A DNA stretch of 64,000 nucleotides from Candidatus Scatovivens sp. (GCA_045646345.1 JAZRKN010000015.1:128001-192000); one strand, 5' to 3'; shown: positions 48,585-58,742, numbered from the stretch's first letter. The notes: generated from the letters alone by a model not told the origin. Program-made: numbers and translations.

Positions 48585-50420
48585 ATGTGTGGAATAGTTG
48601 GTTATATAGGAAGAAAAAATGCTAAACCAATAATATTAAATGGATTATCAAGACTTGAATACAGAGGTTATGATTCAGCAGGAATCGCAACAATCGAGTC
48701 TGGTAAAATAACAACAATAAAAAGTTTAGGAAGAGTTTGTGATTTAGAACAAGCTCCTGGAATGGATACTTTAGTTGGTACTCTTGGAATAGGTCATACA
48801 AGATGGGCAACTCATGGTAAACCTTCAAAAGAAAATTCTCATCCTCATATGGATAATTCAGAATCTTTTGCTGTTGTACATAATGGAATTATAGAAAATT
48901 ATGCTGACCTAAAAGACTTTTTAACAGATAATGGATATACTTTCCTATCTCAAACAGATACAGAAGTAATTCCAAACTTAATTCATTTCCATTATTCATC
49001 ATCAAAAGAAACTGGAAATAAAAAATTAATGAAAGCTGTTACCGATACTTGCAAAATGTTAAAAGGAAGTTATGCTTTAGAAATTTTAGCAAATGACTAT
49101 CCTGATAATATGATAGTTGTTCGTAAAGATAGCCCATTAGTTATAGGAAAAGGTCTAGAAGAAAAATATATTAGTTCTGATATTCCTGCAATTCTTTCAT
49201 TTACAAAAGATTTTTATCTTTTAAATGATAATGAATTTGCATTTATGTCTAGAGAAAATATTGAATTTCTCGATATCAATTTAAGACCTATTTCCAAAAC
49301 AGCTCAAAGCATCACATGGAATGCTGGTGCTGCTGAAAAAGAAGGATTTGATGATTTCATGTTAAAAGAAATTCATGAACAATCAAAATCAATTAGAGAA
49401 ACAATCGGTTCTAGAATTCAAGAAAACGGAATATCTAGTATACCAGATATAGATGTAAGCAAAGACTATTTAAGTACAATAAATAAAATATTTATCATTG
49501 CATGTGGTACTGCAATGCACGCAGGTTTTGTTGGAAAAACAATTTTCGAATCACTTTGTGAAATACCTGTAGAAGTTGAAGCTGCTTCTGAATTTAGATA
49601 TAGAAATCCAATTATAAATGAAAAAACTTTATGTTTATTTATAAGTCAATCTGGAGAAACAGCTGATACAATAGCTGCATTAAAACTTGCAAAATCTTGT
49701 GGCGCAAAAACAATAGCTATCTCAAATGTAATTGGCTCTTCAATTTCTCGTGAAGCTGATTACACAACTTATACACATGCCGGACCAGAAATAGCAGTTG
49801 CTTCTACAAAAGCTTATACTGCCCAAATAGTTTTATTAGCGCTTCTTGCAATTCATTTTGCAGAAATATTAGAATTAAATGAAGAAAAAGTAAACGAATT
49901 AAAATCAGACATTCTAGCATTACCTACTCAAATCGATGAAGTTTTAAAAAGCAAAGAAGAAATAAAAAAATTTGCTCAAAGAGTTTATAAAGAAACAGAT
50001 ATGTTTTTTATTGGTAGAGGAGTTGATTATGCAGTAGCATTAGAAGGTTCTTTAAAATTAAAAGAAATTTCTTATATTCACTCTGAGGCTTATCCTTCTG
50101 GAGAATTAAAACATGGACCGATTGCTTTAATCGAAAATGATGTAACAGTTATTTCTGTTTTAACAAACAGAATGTTAGTTGAAAAATCTATAAGTAACCT
50201 TCAAGAAGTTGTAACAAGAGGTGCAAAAACATTTATAGTAACAAACCAAGAATTAAACCATTCTTTTGATACAATTATTAATATACCAAAAACTAATGTA
50301 CTTATCTCACCTATCCTTTCAGTAATTCCACTTCAACTTTTAGCTTATTATATTTCAAAAGAAAAAGGATTAGATGTTGATAAACCTAGAAACTTAGCAA
50401 AATCTGTTACAGTTGAATAA
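48585..50420 (+). CDS. glmS: Glutamine-fructose-6-phosphate aminotransferase
   Basis: MCGIVG start, LEYRGYDSAG, GHTRWATHG, SQSGETADT, PRNLAKSVTVE. Confidence 0.97.
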   Translation: MCGIVGYIGRKNAKPIILNGLSRLEYRGYDSAGIATIESGKITTIKSLGRVCDLEQAPGMDTLVGTLGIGHTRWATHGKPSKENSHPHMDNSESFAVVHNGIIENYADLKDFLTDNGYTFLSQTDTEVIPNLIHFHYSSSKETGNKKLMKAVTDTCKMLKGSYALEILANDYPDNMIVVRKDSPLVIGKGLEEKYISSDIPAILSFTKDFYLLNDNEFAFMSRENIEFLDINLRPISKTAQSITWNAGAAEKEGFDDFMLKEIHEQSKSIRETIGSRIQENGISSIPDIDVSKDYLSTINKIFIIACGTAMHAGFVGKTIFESLCEIPVEVEAASEFRYRNPIINEKTLCLFISQSGETADTIAALKLAKSCGAKTIAISNVIGSSISREADYTTYTHAGPEIAVASTKAYTAQIVLLALLAIHFAEILELNEEKVNELKSDILALPTQIDEVLKSKEEIKKFAQRVYKETDMFFIGRGVDYAVALEGSLKLKEISYIHSEAYPSGELKHGPIALIENDVTVISVLTNRMLVEKSISNLQEVVTRGAKTFIVTNQELNHSFDTIINIPKTNVLISPILSVIPLQLLAYYISKEKGLDVDKPRNLAKSVTVE

Positions 50421-50435
50421 AAATAAAACAAAAAA

Positions 50436-50468
50436 CAAGAAGCCTTCAAATAAGGCTTCTTTTGTTTT
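50436..50468. terminator. Terminator after glmS
   Basis: AAGAAGCCTT-caaat-AAGGCTTCTT followed by T-run. Confidence 0.7.
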
Positions 50469-50575
50469 ACTTTATTTTATTTCAATAAACTCTGTTAAAT
50501 CTGGTAATTTAATATTTTCTTCTTTCACATCTAATTTTAATCCAGTCAAATTATAAAAATAAATCTTTTTTCTTA

Positions 50576-50815
50576 TTAAAATACAATATTTAATTTTTTC
50601 TTTTTAGCCTGTTTTATAAGATAATTATATTTTGCCTCTTCTGCTTTTATTTGATAAGTATAATAGTCGATTAAATCACTATCTGCATATTGCAAATTGT
50701 TGTACATATTACTTAAAGTTTTTTTCACAAACTTTATTGAATCTATAAGTTCCATATTCTTTTCCTCTTCTGTTTTATCCTCAATTTTAAATTCTTTTAT
50801 AAATTCACTATACAT
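50576..50815 (-). CDS. YaaL/DUF2508-like protein
   Basis: DLIDYY.Y...AEE.KY.YLIKQAK motif. Confidence 0.7.
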   Translation of the reverse strand: MYSEFIKEFKIEDKTEEEKNMELIDSIKFVKKTLSNMYNNLQYADSDLIDYYTYQIKAEEAKYNYLIKQAKKKKLNIVF

Positions 50816-50887
50816 GTTTTATCTCCTAAAATAAAAATAGAGTAGATTTTATTTCTACTCTACTATATTTATTCAAATTTTAAATTT

Positions 50888-51475
50888 TTATTCTGGTTTT
50901 ACATATTTTTCAATTTCTTCCCATACTTTATCTATATAAATTTTTCTTTCAGAAGAAAATGGTAATATCGTACTATATGAAATTCCTAAAATTTGTTTGA
51001 TTCTTTCTACTTCAGCATCTACTTTAGTTACTGCTATTTTATCCGCTTTATTTGTTAAAACCATAAATGGTAAATTACTTTTTAAAATATAATCATACAT
51101 TAGCAAATCATCATCTGTTGGTTTGTGTCTAATATCTAATAATAAAATTATTAAAGTTACATTTTGACCTTCCTCTAAATATTTTTCAATATAATTTCCT
51201 GAAATAACTTTTTCTTCTTTAGACATTTTACTATAACCATATCCTGGTAAATCAACAAAATAGAATTTATCATCCATATTATAAAAATTAATTTGACGAG
51301 TTTTTCCAGGAACATTACTTGTTCTAGCTAACCCTTTTCTATTTGTCATTGTATTTACAAAAGATGATTTTCCTACATTAGATTTTCCAACTAATACTAT
51401 TTCTGGTAAATTCCCTTTTGGATATTGTTTTTTGCTTACAGCAGATATTTCAAATTTAGGATTTTTTATTAACAT
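50888..51475 (-). CDS. engB: Ribosome biogenesis GTPase YsxC/EngB
   Basis: GKSNVGKSS, PGKT..INFY, DLPGYGY, NKADK. Confidence 0.92.
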   Translation of the reverse strand: MLIKNPKFEISAVSKKQYPKGNLPEIVLVGKSNVGKSSFVNTMTNRKGLARTSNVPGKTRQINFYNMDDKFYFVDLPGYGYSKMSKEEKVISGNYIEKYLEEGQNVTLIILLLDIRHKPTDDDLLMYDYILKSNLPFMVLTNKADKIAVTKVDAEVERIKQILGISYSTILPFSSERKIYIDKVWEEIEKYVKPE

Positions 51476-51594
51476 TTCTTTCTCCTTTTATTACTTTTTT
51501 TCATAACCTTTATTATTTTACCACATTTTATGTAAAATTACAAATTAATTTAAATTTAAAAAAGCTTAGATTTTCATCTAAGCTTTCTCAAACC

Positions 51595-52881
51595 TTATTT
51601 TTTTGGTTCTAATACTTTTGTTCCACCCATATATGGCCATAATACTTCTGGAACTTTAACTGTTCCATCTTCTTGATAATTGTTTTCTAAAACTGCTATT
51701 AATCCTCTTGGACTTGCAACTACTGTATTATTTAATGTAGCAACTAAATAATTTCCTTTTTCACCTTTAGCTCTAATTCCAAGTCTTCTTGCTTGAGCAT
51801 CACCTAATGTAGAACAACTTCCAACTTCAAAGTATTTTTGTTGTCTTGGGCTCCATGCTTCAACATCGCAAGATTTTACTTTTAAGTCAGCTAAATCTCC
51901 ACTGCAGCATTCTAATGTTCTAACAGGAACATCTAAGCTTCTGAAAAATTCAACTGTATAGCTCCACATTTTATTATACCAATCCATTTGTTCTTCTGCT
52001 TTACAAAGAACTATCATTTCTTGTTTTTCAAATTGGTGAACTTTATATAATCCTCTTTCTTCAATTCCATGAGAACCAACTTCTTTTCTAAAACATGGAG
52101 AATATCCTGTTATAGCAACTGGTAATTCTTCTTCTTTTAGAATTTGTCCTTTAAATTTACCAATCATTGAGTGTTCACTAGTTCCGATTAAGTATAAATC
52201 TTCACCTTCAATTTTATACATCATAGCTTCTAATTCTTCAAAGCTCATAACTCCATTAACAACATCTGATCTAATCATAAATGGAGGAATACAATATGTG
52301 AATCCTTTATTAATCATAAAATCTCTAGCATAAGCTATCATAGCTTCATGAAGCCTAGCAACTTGTCCCATTAAGAAATAGAAACCGTTTCCACTTGTTC
52401 TTCCAGCACTTTCTTTATCAATTCCTGCTAACCCATCAATAATATCTGCATGGTGTGGAATTTCATAAGCTGGTACAACTGGTTCTCCAAATTTTTCATT
52501 TTCAACGTTTTCTGAATCATCTTTTCCTATTGGAACTGTAGCGTCCATAATATTAGGAATTTTCATCATTCTTTCTTTGATTTCACCTTTTAATTCTTCT
52601 TCTCTTCCTTCATTAGCAGCTAATTTTTCATTAATTTCATTTACTTCAGCTTTTTTTGCTTCAGCCTCTTCTTTTAATCCTTTAGCCATTAATCCACCAA
52701 TTTCTTTACTGATGGCATTTCTTTTCATTCTTAAATCATCACACATTAAAGTTAATTCTCTTGATTCTTTATCTAACTCTAATACTTCATCAACTAAAAC
52801 TAATTTGTGATCTTGAAATTTTCTTTTAATATTTTCTTTTACCATTTCTGGATTTTCTCTTAATAATTTAATATCTATCAT
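51595..52881 (-). CDS. serS: Serine-tRNA ligase
   Basis: N-terminal coiled arm, GTSEH, CFRKE.G.HG, HQFEKQE, TLNNT; Ser T-box upstream. Confidence 0.95.
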   Translation of the reverse strand: MIDIKLLRENPEMVKENIKRKFQDHKLVLVDEVLELDKESRELTLMCDDLRMKRNAISKEIGGLMAKGLKEEAEAKKAEVNEINEKLAANEGREEELKGEIKERMMKIPNIMDATVPIGKDDSENVENEKFGEPVVPAYEIPHHADIIDGLAGIDKESAGRTSGNGFYFLMGQVARLHEAMIAYARDFMINKGFTYCIPPFMIRSDVVNGVMSFEELEAMMYKIEGEDLYLIGTSEHSMIGKFKGQILKEEELPVAITGYSPCFRKEVGSHGIEERGLYKVHQFEKQEMIVLCKAEEQMDWYNKMWSYTVEFFRSLDVPVRTLECCSGDLADLKVKSCDVEAWSPRQQKYFEVGSCSTLGDAQARRLGIRAKGEKGNYLVATLNNTVVASPRGLIAVLENNYQEDGTVKVPEVLWPYMGGTKVLEPKK

Positions 52882-52907
52882 AATATTTTCTCCTTTAATA
52901 ATTAATT

Positions 52908-53141
52908 TTACCCTTCATATAACTCAAATCTATGTTTTTGTCCGGTTATATTTCCAGCTTTATTTGTTACATCAGTTTCTTCTAAAAACATTTCTTCTGG
53001 TCTTGCCCACATTTCATTTGTTCCTAAATGATTATATATAACCATTCTTTCTAATGTTTCTGAATGTTTTGCAATTCCTACTATTTCTATAATATGACCT
53101 TTAAAGTGTCTATATTTTTTTCCAATTTCTACTTTTTCCAT
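52908..53141 (-). CDS. DUF1653-family protein
   Basis: YRHFKG, A.HSET.E.MVIY, WARP..MF, RF. Confidence 0.85.
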   Translation of the reverse strand: MEKVEIGKKYRHFKGHIIEIVGIAKHSETLERMVIYNHLGTNEMWARPEEMFLEETDVTNKAGNITGQKHRFELYEG

Positions 53142-53152
53142 TTTTTCGCTCC

Positions 53153-53410
53153 TTATTTTGTATAGTCTTTGGATAGTTCTTCTACAAATTCGAATCTATG
53201 TTTTTGTCCTGTTATATTATCTGGTCTTTCAGGAATTTCTTCTAAAAACATTTTTTCCTTTCTTACCCAAATTCCCGAATCATCTCTTGGATATAATGGT
53301 TTGTAAACAACCACTCTTTCTTTTGTCTCAGAATCTAACGCAACATTTTCAACAAAGTAATAATTACCTTTAAAATGTCTGTAAACTCTTCCAATCTGAA
53401 CTTCTTCCAT
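53153..53410 (-). CDS. DUF1653-family protein (paralog)
   Basis: YRHFKG, DSET.E.VVVY, WVR...MF, NITGQKHRFE shared with its neighbour. Confidence 0.85.
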   Translation of the reverse strand: MEEVQIGRVYRHFKGNYYFVENVALDSETKERVVVYKPLYPRDDSGIWVRKEKMFLEEIPERPDNITGQKHRFEFVEELSKDYTK

Positions 53411-53464
53411 AATAAAATACCTCCTACATTTTATTTTTTAAGGGCGAATATAAAATTTTACTAA

Positions 53465-53700
53465 CAAAAAACGTCCTTATACAAATTGTATAAGGACGAA
53501 TATAATCCGCGGTACCACCTTTATTTATAAAATATTTAATATTTTACAATCTCTTTAATTGCTATAACCTGCAACAACTCGGTCTAGTTTTCTAGAAAGC
53601 TCTTAAGAGTAGATTTCATAAATGCTTTTTGTCTATTTTCACCACCCATAGACTCTCTACAAAAAAGTTAATTTATTACTTAGCTCTTAATCAATCGCTT
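53465..53700 (-). ncRNA. T-box riboswitch, Ser (UCU) specifier
   Basis: AGAGAG and GGTGGTGAAA in stem I; GAAA-TCT specifier (53611-53613); T-box AAGGTGGTACCGCG (53508-53521); terminator CGTCCTTATACA/TGTATAAGGACG plus T-run; TTTACA-17-TATCAT promoter at 53718-53746. Confidence 0.9.
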
Positions 53701-53838
53701 CAATCATTATGTAAATTATGATACCACAATTTTTTCAGTTTGTAAATACCTTTATTTTTATTCTTTGATTTTTCTTGTATTTTTAAATCTATATGCTATA
53801 ATGAAACTAAGAAATTTAAACAAAGAAAGAAGATTATT

Positions 53839-54718
53839 ATGGCAAATGAAAAAAAATCAATAAAAGAAAAAGTAGTCGATGCTTGGAATTTTGTTAATGA
53901 TACTGAAGCAGTAGACAAAAAAATAAATAGTATATTACCTACTCGGAAAAGAAGCAAAAAGAAATAATTTATGGCTTGGAACATGTGCTGCTACAGTAGC
54001 ATCTGGATTATATACTTACATGATAAATTGGAATCCTGGAGTAAGAGCATTTGCACATTTAGCTGGTGCATTTGCAATTCCTGCTGGAGGAGCTTTAGCC
54101 TCATCTTTAGTAATGCATGGAATTGAATCAGCAGTTAATTTAGGAATTAATTTATATAATAAAAAACATCCTGAAAATGAAAAAGAAGCTTTTGAAATTA
54201 ATCCTAAAGTAAAAGATATAATAAAACTACTTTCTACAGCAACAGTTGGTATTGCATACACTTTGGGTACATTAGGTACTGAAGTAGATCAATTTACTAA
54301 TTCAGGAATCTTCCAAGCAGAACAGTATCTTGCTGATATAGGTGGTTCACTTGCTGGTATAGCCGTATTTAATAAATTAGATATAAAAGATACTGCAGCA
54401 TCTGGTCTTAATTATTTATGGAAAGGTGGAAAATTAATTTCTAAGCTTGAAGAAAAAATTACAGGAAAAACAAAAGATTCTAATGAACCGCAAAAACAAT
54501 CTCAAGAAAAACAAGATTCTGCTCTTCAAGTAGAGGAAATTGAAGTAACTCCTGAAGCAACAAAGGAAGAAGAAACTCCAGTTTGGGATTTATCTTTATA
54601 CAAAACTTCAGAAGTCCCTCAAGCAACAATGCAAGATACTCAATCTCAAACAATAGCTACATCAACACATACTTCTAGCACTTTAGAGGTTGAAGAAGAA
54701 GACGAAATTAATATGTAA
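53839..54718 (+). pseudogene. Hypothetical membrane-associated protein split by a +1 frameshift (window 53927-53964)
   Basis: ORF 53839-53967 follows a TGcTATAAT promoter; the +1 frame is open from 53927 into the 232-aa ORF at 54020; joining at ACT-(C)-GGA gives ~292 aa. Confidence 0.55.
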
Positions 54719-54721
54719 AAT

Positions 54722-54759
54722 AAAAAAAGAAATTGAAAATATATTCAATTTCTTTTTTA
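54722..54759. terminator. Bidirectional terminator
   Basis: AAAAAAGAAATTGAA..TTCAATTTCTTTTTT between convergent genes. Confidence 0.7.
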
Positions 54760-54762
54760 TTT

Positions 54763-54939
54763 CTAATTAACTTTTTTTGTTATCATTTTTAATGCCTTTT
54801 CTCTTGGCAAAATAATTACATGTTCACATCCACAACATTTTAATTTAAAGTCAACACCAATTCTTGTTATTTCCCATTCTTTACTTCCACATGGATGTTG
54901 TTTTTTTGTTTTTACTATATCTCCAATATTATATTCCAT
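54763..54939 (-). CDS. DUF951-family small protein (absent from ORF track)
   Basis: MEYNIGDIVKTKKQHPCGSKEWEITRIGVDFKLKCCGCEHVIILPR...; GAGGGG RBS. Confidence 0.85.
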   Translation of the reverse strand: MEYNIGDIVKTKKQHPCGSKEWEITRIGVDFKLKCCGCEHVIILPREKALKMITKKVN

Positions 54940-55069
54940 AAGCCCCTCTTTTTATTTTATATTATACTTTATTATTATTTAAATTCACCTTATTTTTTCG
55001 CTGCTATTGTAGAAGAATTCACCCGTACAACAGGCTATTCTTCCTTTTTTAAGCAGCGATTTTTAGTAG

Positions 55070-55471
55070 CTAGAAAATATACTTCTGATAACTTGCGTCT
55101 CCTCTTTCAAAGACAGTCTTCAAAATCAAATACATTTTTTCTGCCACCTTTTCTCGGAACTTTCGCTTTGTAATTTCCACAATCGCAATCGAAATCCCTC
55201 TTCTCTCTTCATCAAATCTGGTTTCAACGATGAATCTATCATCATCAAATAATTCGTTCACCTTTTTTAAAACTTTACGATTTTGTTGAGCTTCAAACAA
55301 TACATTTAAAAGTTCCTCAATTCCATCGTTCCATCCTATTTTAGGTAACTCCTGTTCCAGATTTCCTGAACAGTCTACTACTTTTAACAAGTAGTATTGC
55401 TCTGTTTCATAAACTTCACGTTCACTAGACTGCTTTCTATAAACGCAAGGTTTATCTTTCAACAAGTTCAT
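55070..55471 (-). CDS. Hypothetical protein (higher GC)
   Basis: GGAGG RBS before ATG 55471; own TGaTATAAT promoter. Confidence 0.55.
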   Translation of the reverse strand: MNLLKDKPCVYRKQSSEREVYETEQYYLLKVVDCSGNLEQELPKIGWNDGIEELLNVLFEAQQNRKVLKKVNELFDDDRFIVETRFDEERRGISIAIVEITKRKFREKVAEKMYLILKTVFERGDASYQKYIF

Positions 55472-55617
55472 AAAATACCAACCTCCAAACTTGCTTGAAA
55501 CATGCGATCTACTAGTTACATATATTATTATATCACATTTTTGCTTAATTTCCAAATATAAAATCAAAACATAAAAAAAGTAGATTTAAAAACATCTAAA
55601 TCTACTCTTTTATATTA

Positions 55618-57246
55618 TTAAATTCTTCTTAATAATTCTTCTTTTCCTAATACTTGCATAATTTCATATAAATCTGGTGTATTGCATTTTCCAGTTAATT
55701 TTACTCTTATTACAGTACTAATATCTCCAACATGACCTTTGTAAGCATCTGGGTTTGCTTTGTATTCTTTAACTTCACGGCAATATCCCATTTCTTCAGC
55801 TAGGTCTTTCATTTTATTAAACCATGTTTGTTTGTCATCAGCTGCATCATAATATTTTTCAAAATATGTTTTTACTATTTTTTCAATTTCAGCTGTATCT
55901 GTTATTTTTTGATATTCAAACTCACCGTTTTTATCAAATTTATCTGGATACATATAATAAATAATATTTTTAACATCTGACCATTTTGCAATGTCTTTTC
56001 TTGGTTTTGCATTTCCTCTTTCAATTCCTAATATTTTTAAAGAATATTCTTTATCAGAAAGCATTTCTTTAAGTTCCGCATCAAATTCATTTGCCCATTT
56101 AGAAGCAGCATCATAAACTTCTTCTGCAGTTAATTTAGAAATTACATTTTTTGATACATCAAGCATTTTTACCATATCAAAAAGAGCACCACTAACACTC
56201 ATTTTCTTTAAATCAAATTCAAAATCATACATTGATTTTTCTGGATTTTGTTTTCTCCAAATTTCAAAATTTGAATTTGCTATATTCATTAAATATTCAA
56301 GAACTGATTCTTTTGGAATTCCCTCTTCCTTATAATAGCTAACAGCTGATTCTGGATCTTTTCTTTTACTTAATTTACGTTTTCCTTCTCCATCCATTTT
56401 CATCATTGGAGCTATATGTGCATATTTTGGAGCTTTATTTCCTAGCACATAGAATAATTGTAAATGAAGTGGAACTGATGCAAGCCATTCATCTGCTCTT
56501 ATTACTAATGTTGTATGCATTAAATAATCATCAATAGCATGTGCAAAGTGATATGTAGGTAATCCATCTGATTTAATAATTACTATATCTTGATCATTTT
56601 CTGGGAAATCAACTGCACCTTTTATAACATCTTTATGTTTGATTTTTTTATCTGGATTTCCTGGTGATTTAAATCTGATAATATATGGATCACCATTTTT
56701 AATTTTTTCTATAGCCATTTCAACAGGCATATTTCTACATTTTGTCCATTTTCCATAATAACCTGTTCTTTCCTTAGCTTTTTCTTGGTTTTCTCTAATA
56801 TGATCTAATTCTTCTTGACTGCAAAAACAAGGATATGCATTTCCTTCTGCTAATAATTTTTTTGCATAAGAATGATATATTTCTCTTCTTAATGATTGTT
56901 TATATGGACCATATTCTCCATGATCAACATCATTTTCATCAACGAATTCATTTGGCGCTAAATCAAAATCATATAACGCATCTATAATCTGTTTTGTTCC
57001 ATTCTCAACTTCTCTTTTTTGGTCAGTATCTTCTATTCTTACAAAGAACACACCTTGCTCTTTAGTCATAAGTTTTGCTATTAAACTTTGATAAATACCA
57101 CCAATGTGAACAAATCCTGTTGGGCTTGGAGCAAATCTTGTTACTATCGCACCTTCTGGTAGATTTCTTACTGGATACTGTTCTTCATAATAAGTATAAT
57201 CCTTTACGTCTGGGAATATTAAGTTTGCTAAATCTTTACTATCCAT
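55618..57246 (-). CDS. gltX: Glutamate-tRNA ligase
   Basis: RFAPSPTGFVHIGG, RIEDTD, KSDGLPTYHFAH, KLSKR. Confidence 0.92.
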   Translation of the reverse strand: MDSKDLANLIFPDVKDYTYYEEQYPVRNLPEGAIVTRFAPSPTGFVHIGGIYQSLIAKLMTKEQGVFFVRIEDTDQKREVENGTKQIIDALYDFDLAPNEFVDENDVDHGEYGPYKQSLRREIYHSYAKKLLAEGNAYPCFCSQEELDHIRENQEKAKERTGYYGKWTKCRNMPVEMAIEKIKNGDPYIIRFKSPGNPDKKIKHKDVIKGAVDFPENDQDIVIIKSDGLPTYHFAHAIDDYLMHTTLVIRADEWLASVPLHLQLFYVLGNKAPKYAHIAPMMKMDGEGKRKLSKRKDPESAVSYYKEEGIPKESVLEYLMNIANSNFEIWRKQNPEKSMYDFEFDLKKMSVSGALFDMVKMLDVSKNVISKLTAEEVYDAASKWANEFDAELKEMLSDKEYSLKILGIERGNAKPRKDIAKWSDVKNIIYYMYPDKFDKNGEFEYQKITDTAEIEKIVKTYFEKYYDAADDKQTWFNKMKDLAEEMGYCREVKEYKANPDAYKGHVGDISTVIRVKLTGKCNTPDLYEIMQVLGKEELLRRI

Positions 57247-57421
57247 AATTTCTATCTCCTTACTTTCTTTACAAACTTCTCTTAGAAATTTTTAATTATA
57301 ATTATAAAGCAAAAAAGTCTACAAGTTTGCATAATATCTAATATAATATCACACATTTTAAAAAAAGAAAATACCCAAAATGCTTTTATTTAAAGATTTT
57401 AGATATTTTCTATTAATTTTT

Positions 57422-58099
57422 TTATAAAATATTTTCTAATTCTTTCATATCTTTTATGATAATATAGTCTTTTACATCAACATCTTTTTTATCTCTTTTT
57501 CCATTGTAATCATATAAAATAGATTTCATATTCATATTATTTGCAGCCACAATATCTCTTGTTTTATCATCACCTATCATAATACATTCTTCAGGTTTTG
57601 CTCCAATTTCTGATAATACTCTTTCAAAAGATTCTTTATATTGTTTGCAACCATATTTATCTGCTCCAAAAACTTTTTTAAAATATTTTGAATATCCGAT
57701 ATTTTCAATTCTTTGTTTTTGTGCATCTTGATAATAATTTGTAAAAACATAAAGATTATATTTTGAAAATAAATATTCTATTGTTTCTTTTGATACTAAT
57801 ACTGTTTTTATCCACTCACTACCGACCGAATCTATAATTTCATCAATAAATTTTTCAGAATAATTTTTATTTAAATTTTGATTTATATAATTTAACATAT
57901 CCATTTTATCATAATAGCAATTGTTTGCATCAATTATTTCGTCATATCTATCAACTGCATCGTAAATTGCCATATAGTCATTTTCATCATATCCATTATT
58001 TTTTAATACTCTTTTATAACTCTCTGCGTCAGCTTCTGTATCATAAATTATAGTATTATCTAAATCAAAAATTATGTTTTTAATATTTAAGTTTTCCAA
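57422..58099 (-). CDS. HAD-family hydrolase
   Basis: IFDLDNT, TN, K, MIGDD...DI; probable TTG start after AGGAG. Confidence 0.85.
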   Translation of the reverse strand: MENLNIKNIIFDLDNTIIYDTEADAESYKRVLKNNGYDENDYMAIYDAVDRYDEIIDANNCYYDKMDMLNYINQNLNKNYSEKFIDEIIDSVGSEWIKTVLVSKETIEYLFSKYNLYVFTNYYQDAQKQRIENIGYSKYFKKVFGADKYGCKQYKESFERVLSEIGAKPEECIMIGDDKTRDIVAANNMNMKSILYDYNGKRDKKDVDVKDYIIIKDMKELENIL

Positions 58100-58112
58100 T
58101 TTTTTTCTCCTT

Positions 58113-58742
58113 CTATTTTTCAAATTTATAATAATAATCTATTCCACCATCTATTTCTATTCCATTAAGATTTTGGGCTTCTTTAATTGTGTAAGTTTTT
58201 CCCCATAAAAGTTTTTGCTGTGCTATTTCTTTTTTGGTTTCATAAGGTAAAAAAGAAATACCAGTTTTATTATTCTCTAAATCATCGCTTTTTACATATA
58301 CAACTTTTTCATATTCAACTAAAACGCCATCTTCTTCTATTTTTAAAATTTTAAAATTATCTATAACATCATTTTCTTTTACTTTTTTACTATATCTAAT
58401 TGTTGATAATGTTGTACCAAATCCCCACTCTCTTTGTAATATTTCTACTTTACATACATTTCCAAAATTAATTGATAAAAAAACAAAAGCTACAATCAAA
58501 AATGAACTTAATACATTTAATTTAATATTCATCTTTTTTTCTTTCTTATATTTTTTTATCTGAATCAAAACAACTATCGCAAGAATAATTAGTATCAATA
58601 TATTCCAGTCATCAAAATTAATTAATTTTGCATAAATACAATCAAATAACCACTCAAAAAAATTTCCTAAATTAAAATTTATTTTGGAAAAATCCACTTT
58701 TATATCACTAATGTCCGTTTGTAAATCTAAAAACTTCTCCAT
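58113..58742 (-). CDS. Membrane hypothetical protein
   Basis: Two hydrophobic helices; AAGGAG RBS. Confidence 0.6.
   Translation of the reverse strand: MEKFLDLQTDISDIKVDFSKINFNLGNFFEWLFDCIYAKLINFDDWNILILIILAIVVLIQIKKYKKEKKMNIKLNVLSSFLIVAFVFLSINFGNVCKVEILQREWGFGTTLSTIRYSKKVKENDVIDNFKILKIEEDGVLVEYEKVVYVKSDDLENNKTGISFLPYETKKEIAQQKLLWGKTYTIKEAQNLNGIEIDGGIDYYYKFEK

Noticed and set aside
50472-50575. Short minus-strand frame (LTGLKLDVKEENIKLPDLTEFIEIK) after the yaaL-like gene
   Set aside because: No clear RBS or start; could be a gene remnant but is unsupported
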